A stretch of 64,000 bases of DNA from a virus, in the IMG/VR virus record IMGVR_UViG_3300023276_001086, positions 32,001 to 96,000 of that record; one strand, written 5' to 3'. A program made the translations under genes and the position numbers. The notes under the pieces were generated by a model, which made no database searches, was not told where the DNA came from, and saw only the letters and a program-made list of their open reading frames with translations. Of this stretch, positions 63,026-64,000 are shown piece after piece (positions within the stretch are counted from its first letter, which is position 1; every line of letters begins with the position of its first letter).

Positions 63026-63562
63026 TCAGGGGCGTCTCGTGATGCGGTCCTCGTCGACCAATGCCTCCATCTTCCCCCGCATAGTTGACGCCATGGCATG
63101 CACAGTTGGTTCATCGAGTCGTCTGTGCTGGAACTGCTTGAGTGGGTCGAGGATCTCGTGGAACAGCTCCTCGCCCAACTCATCAGCACCATCGAAGAGC
63201 CACAGCCTGGGGTTGATGACGATGTTGATCTCGGAGCCCTTGGTGATGATAGCGAAGCTCGGACAACGCTCCATACCATCGAACTGATAGTCCCGCTGCG
63301 CTGGCCCAGTCACATGCACGGTACTACGACGCTCAGCGGCAGCGACCAGCCCTACGAGAGCGTGGATGGTGTTGTGCGCCTCTTCCTCAAACTCATCGCC
63401 AGTGAGCTCCATGGACTCTTCGTGCCATCGAGATTGGAGCCTCTGGGCCTCAACTAGGTACGTCGTCGGAGCCCCCCGTTCCGCCTTCCGCGTGAATCTT
63501 GGGGGATCTTGAATCATCACTGCCGACAACTCCGAACTCTTCTTTGATTCTCTCTCGCTCAT
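63026..63562 (-). CDS. Hypothetical protein
   Basis: 178 aa. Confidence 0.55.
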   Translation of the reverse strand: MSERESKKSSELSAVMIQDPPRFTRKAERGAPTTYLVEAQRLQSRWHEESMELTGDEFEEEAHNTIHALVGLVAAAERRSTVHVTGPAQRDYQFDGMERCPSFAIITKGSEINIVINPRLWLFDGADELGEELFHEILDPLKQFQHRRLDEPTVHAMASTMRGKMEALVDEDRITRRP

Positions 63563-63884
63563 CCTCGCTCAAATCCTTTCCCATCAATTCCTCTAGGGGC
63601 ATGACGGTGGGCCGATACCGTATGTCAAACCAGTCCTGGAACGATATCGCTACCCCATTGTCGTAGTACGTCCCCATCTCATGCAGCAGCACCTCGAGGG
63701 TCATGCGTCGGTCTTCATGGAACTGCTCAACGTTAGTCATGGCCACGTAACTCCGAGAACCCGGCGGGTAGTACGAGCCTGCGCTCTTCTGCGCATCCCT
63801 CGTGCTCGAAATGGCTCGACGCAGAGCGTTGATGTACGTGGCGGTCGCCTTCTGAAGCTCATCCCTGATGTAGTCTTCGCTCAC
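63450..63884 (-). CDS. Hypothetical protein
   Basis: 144 aa; GTGA-coupled, GGAGG RBS. Confidence 0.55.
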   Translation of the reverse strand: MSEDYIRDELQKATATYINALRRAISSTRDAQKSAGSYYPPGSRSYVAMTNVEQFHEDRRMTLEVLLHEMGTYYDNGVAISFQDWFDIRYRPTVMPLEELMGKDLSEDERERIKEEFGVVGSDDSRSPKIHAEGGTGGSDDVPS

Positions 63885-64000
63885 ATCGCCTCCAGTCGCT
63901 CCTTGATCTTCCGCAGCTGTTCAGCGAGATCGAAGAAGGCCGCCTCATCATATCCCTGATCGATCATCGCTTCACGCTCGGTCTTCAACGCCTCCAACTC
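63881..64000 (-). CDS. Partial hypothetical protein (3' end)
   Basis: Open from the window edge: ...ELEALKTEREAMIDQGYDEAAFFDLAEQLRKIKERLEAM*. Confidence 0.55.
   Translation of the reverse strand, partial: ELEALKTEREAMIDQGYDEAAFFDLAEQLRKIKERLEAM

Noticed and set aside
1-64000. Stop-codon reassignment
   Set aside because: Long genes are intact under the standard bacterial code, and TAA, TAG and TGA all terminate tightly packed genes.

Overview
This 64 kb window reads as part of a large, high-GC tailed-phage genome with a contractile (myovirus-like) tail. No capsid, terminase or polymerase gene falls inside it. Positions 1-45.6 kb are an almost uninterrupted minus-strand virion module: basic internal proteins, a holin-like gene, beta-helix tail spikes, baseplate wedge, J-like, gp25-like and hub proteins, a repeat-rich fibre and a tape measure. 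A sigma28/SigF-type sigma factor, an SNF2 helicase and a degenerate DUF5131 gene sit inside this module. Positions 45.7-64 kb hold small accessory genes (GroES, Zn-fingers, a tail-chaperone pair with a -1 slippery site, RNase HII, ThyA, a SleB-like lipoprotein) interrupted by plus-strand cassettes. These cassettes share a G[CA]AA-N15-GGGGATAAG-like promoter and mostly end in a hairpin plus a TT(C/T)TTAGCT-like motif. The most notable element is a 179-nt expanded tRNA-like RNA (56136-56314). It has His-type G-1:C73 identity, an intact T-arm and an encoded CCA, but an enlarged D-loop and no anticodon loop. It lies under the same promoter motif as a divergent CCA-adding/HD enzyme and a ParB-like gene. 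Also present are a 79-bp direct/inverted repeat array (candidate origin), a second small RNA, and a shared N-terminal K-x-A leader suggesting the sigma factor may be virion-packaged. All functional calls come from motif recognition by eye; no searches were run.
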